DNA of 64,000 bases, taken from an uncultured Phycisphaeraceae bacterium. Lineage in GTDB: Bacteria > Planctomycetota > Phycisphaerae > UBA1845. Shown one piece after another: positions 19,359 to 28,993 of this stretch; positions within the stretch are counted from its first letter, which is position 1, and each line of letters opens with the position of its first letter. The notes below the pieces were generated by a model. The model was not told the DNA's origin and did not search any database. It saw only the letters and a list, made by a program, of their open reading frames with translations. Position numbers and translations under genes: made by a program. The stretch spans positions 5,575-69,574 of the forward strand of contig CAZYLK010000004.1 of assembly GCA_964648365.1 (NCBI GenBank), written 5' to 3'.

Positions 19359-20072
19359 TCAACGGTGACAGATTGAGCAGTCCGTCAGCGCGGCGGTCGC
19401 GATGTCGTCCGGCTCGGCGTTTGGATCATGCGGCCCCTCGGCACGGGACGGCTTCCACGCCATGTTGAAGAGTTCCCCGGAGGGACGCAGATGCGGTTCC
19501 GGGTTTCGATGACAGTCCAGACACCAGCTCATGAACAAGGTCGACTCCTTGCGGGCCAGACTCATCTGGTCGATGCGGCCGTGACACGTGGAGCAACCGA
19601 CACCCCTGGCGAGGTGGATCGAGTGATCGAAGTACGCAAAGTCCGGCAGGTCATGCACGCGGTTCCACCGTACCGGCTCGCCCGTGCTCCAGCTCCGGCG
19701 AATGGGTTCCAGCACGGGGGCGTCCGTCCAGATCCGGGCGTGGCAGTTCATACATGTCTGAGTCGTGGGCATCCCCGCGAACGCGGACGCTTCGACGGTC
19801 GCATGGCAGTAGCGACAGTCGATGCCCAACCCCGCGACGTGATGCTGATGGCTGAACGGAACCGGTTGCGAGACTTCGACGCCGACGCCGGTCCGGAACG
19901 ACGACCGGACGAATGAAAGCGCCGATCCGGTTGCGACCAGCACGGCCATCGCAGACAGGGCCAGACTCGCATGGGCCACGAAGTTCGCCCTGGGTGTGAA
20001 CACGCTCCACAATGAAACACTCCTTAATAGACAGGGTGGCAGCATGTGCAGCCTAGATTCCGCCGATGACAT
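19359..20072 (-). CDS. actA: alternative complex III subunit ActA (pentaheme cytochrome c)
   Basis: Five CxxCH motifs (CRYCH, CMNCH, CSTCH, CLDCH, CSICH) after an N-terminal TM anchor. The start is uncertain (20072 or 20045). Confidence 0.8.
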   Translation of the reverse strand: MSSAESRLHMLPPCLLRSVSLWSVFTPRANFVAHASLALSAMAVLVATGSALSFVRSSFRTGVGVEVSQPVPFSHQHHVAGLGIDCRYCHATVEASAFAGMPTTQTCMNCHARIWTDAPVLEPIRRSWSTGEPVRWNRVHDLPDFAYFDHSIHLARGVGCSTCHGRIDQMSLARKESTLFMSWCLDCHRNPEPHLRPSGELFNMAWKPSRAEGPHDPNAEPDDIATAALTDCSICHR

Positions 20073-20149
20073 GCTGCTGAATGAGGACTGAATTCGGTGT
20101 CAGCGCGATGTGCCCCGAATTGGACCGCGGTGCTACGATCCTTCTGCCC

Positions 20150-21190
20150 ATGCACGAACTTCAATCCCTGCCAATCGGAGCCTCGGTAACGGTTTTCGTT
20201 GCCGCCGGGGCAGTGATCGGCTTTGCGGGTGTCCGCATGGCCCGCGTCTCCGATGCGCTGGCGGACGTCACCGGCTGGGGGGAGGCCATGTTCGGCGGCG
20301 TGCTGCTGGGCGCGAGCACGTCCCTGCCGGGGATCGTCGCCTCCATCACGGCCGCCGCTGAGGGCGCACCGCGCCTGGCCTTCAGCAACGCCATCGGCGG
20401 AATCGCGGCGCAAACGGTGTTCCTCGTCATCGCGGACCTGGCGTACCGCCCGACCAATCTGGAGCACGCAGCCGCGTCGCTGTCGAACATCATGCAGGGC
20501 GCGTTGCTGACGCTGCTGCTGATGCTCGTTCTACTCCTCGTGACTGCGCCGGCGTGGACCGTGGCGGGCGTACATCCGGGTTCGGCCGGACTCATCCTCA
20601 CCTACGTCCTCGGCGTGCGTCTGATCCGCGGCGCCCGCGGCGCGAACACCTGGCGGGCGGCGATGACCCCGGAAACAGTCGCCGACCGGCCCGCGCTGGG
20701 GCCCTATGCCCGTCCATCCGCGCTGTGGCGACGATTTGCCGCGTACGGCGTGCTGCTCGTCTTTTCCGGCTACACCATCGCGGAGAGCGCGCTTGCGATC
20801 ACCCGAGCCACCGAGCTTGACGAGACGCTGGTGGGCGCCGTCTTTACCGCGGTCACCACGTCGATACCGGAACTGGTCATCTCGGTGGCGGCGGTGCGTC
20901 AGGGGGCGCTGACGCTGGCGGTGGGGAACATCATCGGGGGCAACAGCTTCGATGTGCTGTTCGTGGCCGTCGCAGACGTCGCCTTTCGGGAAGGCTCCAT
21001 TTACCACGAGTGCGACGCGCATCAGATCTTCGTGATCGCGTTGGCCGCGGCGCAGACGGCGGTACTCATCCTGGGCTTGCTCCGACGGCAGCGCCGCGGC
21101 ATTGCCAACATCGGGTTCGAGGGCGTGCTCATCCTGCTGCTGTATGCGTCAGGCATCGCGGTGCTGACATCAGCCGGCGCCGGACGTTGA
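20150..21190 (+). CDS. Ca2+/cation antiporter (CaCA, YrbG-like) family membrane protein
   Basis: Two alpha-repeat-like segments, GASTSLPGIVASI and AVTTSIPELVISVAAV. About 10 TM helices. Start taken at the Met MHELQSL. Confidence 0.75.
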   Translation: MHELQSLPIGASVTVFVAAGAVIGFAGVRMARVSDALADVTGWGEAMFGGVLLGASTSLPGIVASITAAAEGAPRLAFSNAIGGIAAQTVFLVIADLAYRPTNLEHAAASLSNIMQGALLTLLLMLVLLLVTAPAWTVAGVHPGSAGLILTYVLGVRLIRGARGANTWRAAMTPETVADRPALGPYARPSALWRRFAAYGVLLVFSGYTIAESALAITRATELDETLVGAVFTAVTTSIPELVISVAAVRQGALTLAVGNIIGGNSFDVLFVAVADVAFREGSIYHECDAHQIFVIALAAAQTAVLILGLLRRQRRGIANIGFEGVLILLLYASGIAVLTSAGAGR

Positions 21191-21216
21191 CCTGGTCAGA
21201 CCGGCCGAACGCTGTC

Positions 21217-21432
21217 TCATCGACGGCCGGCGCTCGCCAGGAGCACAAGACCGATCACGATCAGCGCCCCACCGACGATCCAGATCCAGACGGGTTGCGA
21301 TCCTCCCGGTGGAGACAGCGATTCGATGCGTCCGGCGAGTATCTCATACGCACTGTGGTACGCGATGCATCCGAGACCCGCCATGATGGCCACCAGCCCG
21401 ATTGAACACCACCGTTTCTCCCGCCTCATCAT
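21217..21432 (-). CDS. small two-TM hypothetical protein
   Basis: C-terminal 71 aa of the 21217..21732 ORF: MMRREKRWCSIGLVAIMAGLGCIAY...VWIWIVGGALIVIGLVLLA. The upstream part of that ORF overlaps the HK gene end and looks non-coding. Confidence 0.35.
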   Translation of the reverse strand: MMRREKRWCSIGLVAIMAGLGCIAYHSAYEILAGRIESLSPPGGSQPVWIWIVGGALIVIGLVLLASAGRR

Positions 21433-21544
21433 CGGCGCTTCGCCCATGCGCATTTCGGGACGCGCGCCGGCACTCGCGCCGGCGTCACTCGTTGAGATTA
21501 CGCCAACTGCCTGAATTTTCCCTGAACTGAGGATTTCACGCGCG

Positions 21545-23035
21545 TCAGACCCTGGCGGAAGCGACCGCGGGTCGATCGATGGGAAGCGACAGGGTGAACA
21601 GCGCGCCGCCGTCGTCGTGATTCTGTACGCGGATGGAGCCACCGTGAGCCGCCGCCACCGACTTTGCGATCGCCAGTCCGATGCCGCATTGTCCCGGCGC
21701 GCGGGTGGTGGACGCAACCTGATGGAACGCATCGAAGATCATGCCAATCTGGTCGGGCGGAACGCCCGGCCCGCGGTCGCGAACCTCGATCTCGACGTTT
21801 TGGCCCGCTTCATGGACCTCGATCGTCACCGCTTGATCCGGGGGCGAGTATCGAATGGCGTTGTGCAGAAGGTTCTCGAGGGCGGAGCGGAGCAGGTCGG
21901 TATCTCCCTGAATGTCGGGCTCGGCAGCGCCCGCCGACGTGTGCAACAGCGGCACGAGCCGTACGCTCGCGCGCTGCGCTTCCTGCCGGCAGTTCCGCAC
22001 GGCCGCCATGACGATGTCTTCGATCGAAATGCGGCTCAGAACCAGGGCGCGAGCGCCGTCCGTCGCCCGTGTCAGCAGCAGGAAGCTCTCGACGGTGCGC
22101 AGCATGAGCCGCGTCTGCTCCTGCACGCGCTCGCGGAAACCGTTTTGCTCTGCCCGGCGCGACTGCGCTTCCGCCAGCAGGACGCTGAGGGGCGTCTTCA
22201 GTTCGTGCGACACGTCGGCGATGAACTGCTTCTGCCGCTTGAACTGAGTTTCCAGGCGGTCGAACATCTCATTGAGCACGTCCACCATCTCGCTGATCTC
22301 GTCGTTCGATTCCGGCGCGGGAAGCCGCTCGTTCAGCCGGTTGACCGTCAGGCGGCGCGCCTTGCGGGCGATGACGCCGATGGGCGCAAACCAGCGCCGC
22401 CCCAGCATCCACGAAGTCACGCCGACCACGACGATACTGGTGACGACGAAGAGCAGTAGAAGCTGCTGCGTGGTTTGCAGCGCTCCGTGCAGCGGGCCCA
22501 GGCTCGTCCCCAGACTCAGCACAAACTCCGGCAGGCCGTCCGACGACGCCTCCCGGCGCACCGTGAGCCACCGCGCGGCCGCTTCCGGGCCAGCCGAACC
22601 CCCCTTCCTGCTGCCGCGGCCGGTATAGAACGTCGGCGACGTCGACCGGTCCTGCGGCACGTCCGGCGGAATGCTCAGACCGGGCAGACCGGCCGACGTG
22701 ATGGAATCCTGGGTGGCTGGAAAAGAGACATGAAAAGCCGGCCCCCGTTTAATAGAGGGCGCCAGGGCCTCTCGAGCCCAGACGGACGGATCTTCCCCCG
22801 CATGAACACGGCCCGCGTCTTCCAGCAACGCAACCATGTGCTCCGACTGCTCCATCAGCTTGGCGTCGAAACGCGCGTAAAGCTGCCGGCTCAGGACCGT
22901 ATGTATCGAGAGCCAGAGGGCCGCCTGAAGCACGGCGAAGATCGCCACGTGCGCCAGCGTCAGTCGCACGCGCATGCTGCGTAGGGCCGGGAATGGCGCC
23001 TGGGCGTCCATGAGCGCATCACGCAGGAGGACCAT
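21545..23035 (-). CDS. sensor histidine kinase (periplasmic sensor, HAMP, HisKA, HATPase_c)
   Basis: H-box ADVSHELKTPLSVL, N-box LLHNAIRYS, G-boxes VRDRGPGV and GIGLAIAKS. The start may be an internal Met (23011 or 22975). Confidence 0.85.
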   Translation of the reverse strand: MVLLRDALMDAQAPFPALRSMRVRLTLAHVAIFAVLQAALWLSIHTVLSRQLYARFDAKLMEQSEHMVALLEDAGRVHAGEDPSVWAREALAPSIKRGPAFHVSFPATQDSITSAGLPGLSIPPDVPQDRSTSPTFYTGRGSRKGGSAGPEAAARWLTVRREASSDGLPEFVLSLGTSLGPLHGALQTTQQLLLLFVVTSIVVVGVTSWMLGRRWFAPIGVIARKARRLTVNRLNERLPAPESNDEISEMVDVLNEMFDRLETQFKRQKQFIADVSHELKTPLSVLLAEAQSRRAEQNGFRERVQEQTRLMLRTVESFLLLTRATDGARALVLSRISIEDIVMAAVRNCRQEAQRASVRLVPLLHTSAGAAEPDIQGDTDLLRSALENLLHNAIRYSPPDQAVTIEVHEAGQNVEIEVRDRGPGVPPDQIGMIFDAFHQVASTTRAPGQCGIGLAIAKSVAAAHGGSIRVQNHDDGGALFTLSLPIDRPAVASARV

Positions 23036-23702
23036 CCTGACTGAGGACGTAGCCGGTCCCGACGACGGTGTGCAGAAGGGGTTGTTCGAACCCTTTGTCG
23101 ATTTTGGCCCGCAGGCGCGACACGTAGACCTCGATCACGTTGCTCTGCTCCTCGAAGAGCATGTCCCACACGCGCTCGCCGATCACCGCTCGCGTCAGGA
23201 CGCGGTCCGGCTTGCGAAGGAAGAACTCCAGCAGCGCGAACTCTTTGGCCGTCAGGGCCACGGGGGCGCCGCCCCGCGTGACGCAGTGCCTGACCAGATC
23301 CATTTCGATATCGGCGAAGTGCAAACGGGTTCCCTCGACGGCTTGCGACCGCCGCAGCAGCGCCCGAACGCGCGCGACCAGTTCCTCCAGTTCGAACGGC
23401 TTGGTCAGGTAGTCGTCGGCGCCGGCGTTCAGTCCGTTGACTTTGTCCTCGGTGGACGACAGAGCCGTCAGCACGAGAATCGGCGTGTCGATCTTCATCC
23501 GGCGCAGGTTACGGCAGATCTGGGCGCCGTCATGATCCGGCAGCATCAGATCCAGCACGATGCCGTCATAGGAGCCGCAGGCGGCCTTCTCCTCTCCGTC
23601 GTGGCCGGAGGTTGTGTGGTCGACCACGTAGCCCTCGTCTCGCAGCGCGCTGCTGACCAGTTCACCCAGACGAGGATTGTCTTCGATGACCAGAAAACGC
23701 AT
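23019..23702 (-). CDS. OmpR-family response regulator
   Basis: MRFLVIEDN, IVLDLMLPDHDG, DDYLTKPF, and a winged-helix C-terminus LTAKEFALLEFFLRKP...VEVYVSRLRAKID. Confidence 0.9.
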   Translation of the reverse strand: MRFLVIEDNPRLGELVSSALRDEGYVVDHTTSGHDGEEKAACGSYDGIVLDLMLPDHDGAQICRNLRRMKIDTPILVLTALSSTEDKVNGLNAGADDYLTKPFELEELVARVRALLRRSQAVEGTRLHFADIEMDLVRHCVTRGGAPVALTAKEFALLEFFLRKPDRVLTRAVIGERVWDMLFEEQSNVIEVYVSRLRAKIDKGFEQPLLHTVVGTGYVLSQDGPPA

Positions 23703-23731
23703 GAGGGGGCCTCCTTCGGTAGCGGCGCCGC

Positions 23732-23762
23732 CGCCCGCCGGCTCCCAGCGAGCCGGCGGGCG
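23732..23762 (-). promoter_or_regulatory. perfect 13-bp GC stem-loop in the leader of the response-regulator operon
   Basis: CGCCCGCCGGCTC-ccagc-GAGCCGGCGGGCG, 30 nt upstream of the RR start codon (23702). Confidence 0.3.
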
Positions 23763-24043
23763 GAACCGGCGCCTCGTAACTGCGAATTCAGCGGACGTTT
23801 AATTGGCCGTCAGATCAGTATACCCCCATCTTGAGGTTTCGACCAGCAAGCGTCTCCGAGAAGCGCGCATCTCCAACCGCGACGGTGAATTACGGCGATT
23901 TCAGGCATGTCTCACGCGTGCGTCAGAACGGCGGGTGAGGATATGTCTGAGAAGAACGCATCGAGGCCCGCGCCCGTGCCCGCCCGACTGCGCCGTGTGG
24001 ACCGGCGGGCGGCCGCGCCGCGAAACGGTGAAAGGACAAGACC

Positions 24044-24283
24044 ATGACACGCTGCGACACATGTGGGAACGAATACGACAAGACGATCGAGGTGACGCGA
24101 GGCACGGAGCGACGCGTCTTCGACAGCTTCGAATGCGCCATTCAGGCCATGGCGCCGGTGTGCGCCCACTGCCAGTGCCGCATCATCGGGCACGGCGTCG
24201 AGACCGATGGCAAGATGTTCTGTTGCGCCCATTGCGCGAAGCAGACGGGGGCCGAGGACGTGCGCGACCGCGGCTCGCTGTAG
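24044..24283 (+). CDS. cysteine-rich small protein (79 aa), probable metal-binding
   Basis: Ten Cys, including the pairs CDTC, CAHCQC and FCCAHC: MTRCDTCGNEYDKTIEV...FDSFECAIQAMAPVCAHCQCRIIGHGVE. I recall similar small proteins annotated as hypothetical in other high-GC bacteria. Confidence 0.6.
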   Translation: MTRCDTCGNEYDKTIEVTRGTERRVFDSFECAIQAMAPVCAHCQCRIIGHGVETDGKMFCCAHCAKQTGAEDVRDRGSL

Positions 24284-24304
24284 TCAGTTGTAGCAACATG
24301 AACC

Positions 24305-25492
24305 TTACGCCTCAGACTGGCGATACGACGCGGCGGCCGACGCGACCAGACCCGGTTGCGGCGCCTCGGCGTCCAGTTCCACCTTCAGAGCGATGAATTT
24401 CATCAGGTCTTTGAGCGTCAGGATGCCGCGCAGGTGGCGCTGTTCGACCACCAGCAGCCGGGACTGCCCCTCGCTGTTCATCCGGCTGAGCGCCGCGACG
24501 GCGTCGGTATCGGGTTGCACGGTCGCCAGTTCGTCAATGGGGCGGGCTATGTCCTCGACGCGTTTTTCGCGCCACTGTTCGCGCGGCAGGTCGCGCACGT
24601 CCTGCGTAGACACGGCCCCGTAGAGCGACCCATTGTCGGTCACGGGGAACATCTGGTGGTGGCGCTGATAGATGTGGTCATGGACCAGCTCCTCCACCGA
24701 GATGTCGGCGGGCACGGTGTCAGGGTTGGTGCTCATGAACCGGTCCACCGCCTCGCCCTCCAGCGCCCGCCGCACCAGGAGCTGCTGGAACGACATGCGC
24801 GCCGCGCCGCGCAGGAACAGGCCGATCAGCACCCACCACATGCCGCCCACCACCCCGCCGCCCAGAAAGACGACGACGCCGACGATGATCAGCGCCGTAC
24901 CGAACCCGGACCCCACTTCCGACGACACCCGCGTCGCCCAGCGCAGATCCTGCTTCCACCGCCACAGCAGCGAACGCAACACCCGCCCGCCGTCCAGCGG
25001 GAAGGCGGGCAGTACGTTGAACGCGACCAGAATGGCGTTGATGCCGCCAAGGTACTCCAGGACGGCCACGACCGGCGCCGGTCCGGACAGCACCTGAACC
25101 AGCCCGCCCAGACCCAGGCAGGCCGCCGCCAGCACGACGCTGGCGATCGGACCGGCGACGGCCACGCGAAACTCCGCCCGGGCGTCGGGCGGCTCGGTCG
25201 TCATCTCGGCCACACCGCCGAACAGGAACAGCGTGATCCCGCTCATCCGCATCGCGTGACGCCGCGCCACCAGCGCGTGCGCGAGTTCGTGTAGGATGAT
25301 CGAACCGAACAGCCCCAACGCACCGGCGATCCCCATCACCAGCATGACGTCGCCCGACAGATCGGGGTAAAGCGCGGGAAAGAGCGACCCGGCCAGCGAC
25401 CAGGTGATGAGCACGAACAGCAGCAGCCAGCTCGCGTCCACGCGAATCGGAAAGCCGAACAGCTTGAAAAGCGTCATGCGGGGTCCGAACAT
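24305..25492 (-). CDS. site-2 protease (M50) family metalloprotease with C-terminal CBS pair
   Basis: HELAHALVARRH (HExxH), NVLPAFPLDGGRV, and a CBS-like C-terminus. Confidence 0.85.
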   Translation of the reverse strand: MFGPRMTLFKLFGFPIRVDASWLLLFVLITWSLAGSLFPALYPDLSGDVMLVMGIAGALGLFGSIILHELAHALVARRHAMRMSGITLFLFGGVAEMTTEPPDARAEFRVAVAGPIASVVLAAACLGLGGLVQVLSGPAPVVAVLEYLGGINAILVAFNVLPAFPLDGGRVLRSLLWRWKQDLRWATRVSSEVGSGFGTALIIVGVVVFLGGGVVGGMWWVLIGLFLRGAARMSFQQLLVRRALEGEAVDRFMSTNPDTVPADISVEELVHDHIYQRHHQMFPVTDNGSLYGAVSTQDVRDLPREQWREKRVEDIARPIDELATVQPDTDAVAALSRMNSEGQSRLLVVEQRHLRGILTLKDLMKFIALKVELDAEAPQPGLVASAAASYRQSEA

Positions 25493-25581
25493 CGATCCGT
25501 TGATCTCCCTTTTCTCCGGCGTTTCAACGGCGCAGGCACCGCGGGCGGGAATCCTGGACGGCGGTCACGCGCCTCCGCAGG

Positions 25582-25791
25582 TCAGTCGCGGACCAGGAAG
25601 GTCACTTTCATGTCCACGCGATACTCCGTGATCTCGCCGGCCTCGACGACGACCTTCTGCTCCTTGATCCACGCGCCGCGCACGTCGTCGACCGACGTGT
25701 GGGCGCGGGCGATGCCCTGCCGGATGGCGTCGCCGAAGCTCTCAGTGGACGAACAGGACAATTCGATAACCTTTGCAACCTGCACTTGCAT
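25582..25791 (-). CDS. dodecin family flavin-binding protein
   Basis: 69 aa: VAKVIELSCSSTESFGDAIRQGIARAHTSVDDVRGAWIKEQKVVVEAGEITEYRVDMKVTF, the typical dodecin pattern. Confidence 0.8.
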   Translation of the reverse strand: MQVQVAKVIELSCSSTESFGDAIRQGIARAHTSVDDVRGAWIKEQKVVVEAGEITEYRVDMKVTFLVRD

Positions 25792-25821
25792 TGCTCCTTT
25801 CTTGTCTGGACGATCTTCCAG

Positions 25822-26211
25822 TCATGGTTCGCTTCTGACGCCTCCTGCGCCCGCTGACGCAGCGGACGCATCTTCTTCCCACGCACGCCACGCCGACGGC
25901 GGCTGGCTCGAACTGCTCGGCACCACCGCGAACATCACAATCAGCAACCCGACGATGACGCGGTTCTGCTGGTCGGGCGGCGCCGGCGCCGCGGCGGCCA
26001 GCAGGCCCACCGCGGTCAACCAGGAGCCGGTTGCCACGTTCCACCAGTGCAGCCGCCGCCACGACGGGTGAAAACTCGCACCGGCCAGCGCCGCGACCAG
26101 CACGGCGCAGACCAGGTCGTGGACGAGCATCCAGCGCGAACTCGGGTCGATCACGAGGAACGCCGCGGCCAACCACACCGCCAGCAGAATCTCCGAGGTC
26201 CGACCCCACAT
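25822..26211 (-). CDS. hypothetical four-TM membrane protein
   Basis: The start codon directly abuts the stop of the VKOR-like gene (26211/26212). Four hydrophobic helices. No family recognised with confidence. Confidence 0.5.
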   Translation of the reverse strand: MWGRTSEILLAVWLAAAFLVIDPSSRWMLVHDLVCAVLVAALAGASFHPSWRRLHWWNVATGSWLTAVGLLAAAAPAPPDQQNRVIVGLLIVMFAVVPSSSSQPPSAWRAWEEDASAASAGAGGVRSEP

Positions 26212-26850
26212 TCATGACGCTCCCCGCGCGATCGCGCGGCCGGCCTCCCAGGCGGTCTGTGACGGACGCCCAAGGAAGGCGTTCCACAGCGCGCGATTGC
26301 TCCCGCTGATGCGTCGCACGCGCCGCAGATACAGCACGCACGAGATCACTTCGTCGCCCGCCAGTACGACCAGCGCCAACGAAATCACGGCCGTGACCAG
26401 GCACAGAAAGCACCACGCCCCGAGCGCCGCTCCCTGCAACACCACCAGAACCGCGCTGACGATGCCGAGCGGGATCACGTCCAGCCCGAACAGAACCACC
26501 AGCCACGGGCGGTACTGCCACCGTCGTGTCGACCCGGCCAGCGCCAGCACCACGTCACCCAGATACGCCAGCGCTCCGAGCGCCGCGTCCGGAATGCGGA
26601 ACCAGCGCCTCATGCGGTGCGAGACGTCCGAGTCCAGCACCTGGACCGACTGCTCGCCGAACACCGGATCCCACACACCGCCGATCAGGCGCCACTGGAA
26701 CAGCGCCATGTACGACGCGATCAGAAACGCGACGAATGCCAGCACGGCGACGCGGAAGCGCTGCTTCCAACTCGACGGGTTGAAGCTCCACGGAGCCGGC
26801 GCCGCCCTGCGGGCGTCCGCCGCGGCGGCGGTTTCAGCGGCTGCGGTCAC
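26212..26850 (-). CDS. vitamin K epoxide reductase (VKOR)-family membrane protein, variant without the loop Cys pair
   Basis: The GTG at 26850 forms a GTGA overlap with the epimerase stop. CxxC in a TM helix ([12 protein letters not shown]). DPVFG...[11 protein letters not shown] region. The longest ORF (to 27009) overlaps the epimerase gene. Confidence 0.55.
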   Translation of the reverse strand: MTAAAETAAAADARRAAPAPWSFNPSSWKQRFRVAVLAFVAFLIASYMALFQWRLIGGVWDPVFGEQSVQVLDSDVSHRMRRWFRIPDAALGALAYLGDVVLALAGSTRRWQYRPWLVVLFGLDVIPLGIVSAVLVVLQGAALGAWCFLCLVTAVISLALVVLAGDEVISCVLYLRRVRRISGSNRALWNAFLGRPSQTAWEAGRAIARGAS

Positions 26851-27983
26851 CGGCGCATCGGCTCCAGTGCCGGCGACTCGCCGCAATGATGTTCCTTGAC
26901 CTCCGGCGGGGGCTCGACGCCGTTGCGCTGATACCAGCCCAGCGGATCCTTCTTGAGCCGGGCAATCATCTCCGGCAACGCCGACTGCAAACGGCGCCGC
27001 GGCTCCCACGCCAGCCGCCGGCGCGCCCGCTCGATCTCCACCGGATAGTGGTCGTCCGCCAGGTCGATCATCCAGGGTCGAATAAAGCGGTCTTCTCTGG
27101 TCATCGCGTCCTTCACGGCCGCGCCTAACTTGGCCGCCGCTTTAGGCACGCGCACGGTCGGCCAGCTCTTGCCGTGGATCAACTGGCCCAGTTCGTGCTG
27201 CAACCGTGCATGACTCATCACCTCCGGCTCAGCAACCAGAAACGTCTCCAGCAGATCCAGTTCGTCGCGACGCGCGATGGCCTTGCCGAAACACGCGGCC
27301 GCGTCGTCGATGTGAATGAAGGGCTGTCCGTGGTCCGCGTTGCCGGGAAACACGTAGCTCTCGGGGCTGCGGGCGTGGATGCGGCGGATGTGATGCACCA
27401 GAGGCAGCGACTGGCAATCATCGGTGTAGACGCCGGCCAGGCGCAGGATTACGACCGGGATGCCTGCGTGCTGCTCGTGCAGCACCTGCTCGGCGTGCAG
27501 CTTGGAGCGCGGGTAGGCCCACTCGGCCCGGGTCGGCGATTCTTCCGTCAACCGCGCCGGGCCGTCGTCGATCGGCTTCATCACCAGCAGACTGCTGCAG
27601 AAGATGAACTGCTCGACGAACTCGAACGTCCGGAGTTCGCGCAGCAACCGCTCGGTCCCGGCGACCGTCAGTCGTTCGTAGAGCGGGCTGGGGTCGCCCG
27701 AGAAGTCATAATGGGCCGCCAGGTGGATCACCGCTGCCAGCCTGCTTCCGCCACGATCCCGCACGTCGGACAACGCATCGCGGACGCTCTCGTCCGTGGT
27801 CAGATCGCAGTGAACAAACGTGCAGCGGTCCTCCAGATCGACATCCGGCGGCCTGATATCCAGCCCAAAGACCTGGTACTCGTCGCGCAGCGCTTCGCAC
27901 AATGCGCTCCCGATCAGGCCGGAACTGCCGGTCACCACGATCGTCCGTTTCGACTTTGCCTGACTGTCATTCATGTCGATCAC
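26847..27983 (-). CDS. NAD-dependent epimerase/dehydratase family (extended SDR) protein
   Basis: Rossmann motif [14 protein letters not shown] and catalytic YPRSK. Confidence 0.85.
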   Translation of the reverse strand: MIDMNDSQAKSKRTIVVTGSSGLIGSALCEALRDEYQVFGLDIRPPDVDLEDRCTFVHCDLTTDESVRDALSDVRDRGGSRLAAVIHLAAHYDFSGDPSPLYERLTVAGTERLLRELRTFEFVEQFIFCSSLLVMKPIDDGPARLTEESPTRAEWAYPRSKLHAEQVLHEQHAGIPVVILRLAGVYTDDCQSLPLVHHIRRIHARSPESYVFPGNADHGQPFIHIDDAAACFGKAIARRDELDLLETFLVAEPEVMSHARLQHELGQLIHGKSWPTVRVPKAAAKLGAAVKDAMTREDRFIRPWMIDLADDHYPVEIERARRRLAWEPRRRLQSALPEMIARLKKDPLGWYQRNGVEPPPEVKEHHCGESPALEPMRR

Positions 27984-28037
27984 TCGCTGACGCGCGAGAC
28001 TTCCCTGCGGAAGGCCCCGCGAAGTCGGGTTACGCTG

Positions 28038-28502
28038 TCAGCCGAGCAGCCGCAGCATCTGTTCACCGTGTCGGGCCTCGTCGGCCGCCTGCTCCTCCAT
28101 CCGCACTTTCAGGTCCGCAAGGCCCTGTTCGTCCGCCATGGCGGCGAGCCGGCGGTAGTGCTGGACGTCCGTGCGTTCCTCCTCGATGTCGCGGCGCAAC
28201 ATGTCCGGGACATCTTCCGGCGGCGGACTGAGTTGTGGATCAAGGCGGGGAACGCCCCCCAGCATCACGATCTTGTCCGCAAGGTACTGAGCGTGTCCAA
28301 GCTCGTCGGGGATTTCCCGCAGGTAGACGTCCCGGACCGAGGACCACTGCGCGCCGGCGATGCGGGACGCCTGCTGTACGTATCGCAGGAGCGTCGTGAT
28401 CTCGCGATTGAACGCGTGGTTGAGCCCCTGCAGCAGTTCGTCGCTCGCCTGGACCATCATCAGGGTCTCGCCCTCGCGGGTTGGGGTGTGTTCGTGTGGC
28501 AT
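28038..28502 (-). CDS. ferritin-like (bacterioferritin/Dps-superfamily) protein
   Basis: Di-iron type ligand pattern: REIPDELGHAQYLADKI and EEQAADEARHGEQM. Confidence 0.75.
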   Translation of the reverse strand: MPHEHTPTREGETLMMVQASDELLQGLNHAFNREITTLLRYVQQASRIAGAQWSSVRDVYLREIPDELGHAQYLADKIVMLGGVPRLDPQLSPPPEDVPDMLRRDIEEERTDVQHYRRLAAMADEQGLADLKVRMEEQAADEARHGEQMLRLLG

Positions 28503-28548
28503 CTCGCTCGCTCCGATGGGCCGCCGTGTTCCACTGCACGGCGTCGAC

Positions 28549-28884
28549 TCAAGGGCTGCTTCTCAGCGGCTTTCCGGCCTTGCTCCAGTCATCTGTTCCG
28601 CCGGTGTAGTCGTAGACGTATTGAAACCCCGCGGCTTCGAGTTGCTGGGCCGCCCGCGGGGAGGCGTCGCAGGCCTCGTTGGCGCAGTACACCACGACTT
28701 CGCGATCCCGGTCGCCGACGGCCCCCTCGACGCGCCCCACGAACTCAGGGTCATCGACGGGAATGTTCTTCGAGCCCGGAATGTGGGCTGCCTCGTACTG
28801 ATCCGGACCGAGCACGTTGATCAGCGGCAGGTTCGGATTCTTGTCCCGCATTTCTTCCAGTTGATCCGCAGTAATGTTGATCAT
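28549..28884 (-). CDS. single-domain rhodanese-like sulfurtransferase
   Basis: AGGAGG RBS. PGSKNIP and active-site loop VVYCANEACDAS. Confidence 0.85.
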   Translation of the reverse strand: MINITADQLEEMRDKNPNLPLINVLGPDQYEAAHIPGSKNIPVDDPEFVGRVEGAVGDRDREVVVYCANEACDASPRAAQQLEAAGFQYVYDYTGGTDDWSKAGKPLRSSP

Positions 28885-28971
28885 GGTGAGCCTCCTGTTC
28901 GCGTCTTTCGATCACTCGACGACGACGCCGTCGTCGCTCACTGGATTATGGACGGGAGGTGTAAAGCCGCG

Positions 28972-28993
28972 CTGAATTGGAACTGAATTGGAA
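28972..28993 (+). repeat. perfect tandem 11-bp direct repeat in the rhodanese/aconitase divergent intergenic region
   Basis: ctgaattggaa ctgaattggaa (28972-28982 and 28983-28993), about 120 nt upstream of the aconitase GTG start. An 8-bp-arm palindrome cGACGACG-c-CGTCGTCg lies at 28920-28936. Confidence 0.6.

Noticed and set aside
26851-27009. N-terminal extension of the VKOR-family ORF
   Set aside because: It overlaps the epimerase 3-prime end. The GTG at 26850 gives a GTGA stop/start overlap and still includes all the TM helices.
27174-28820. 548-aa ORF on the plus strand
   Set aside because: It spans the antisense of three well-supported genes (epimerase, ferritin-like, rhodanese) and their spacers, so it cannot be real alongside them.
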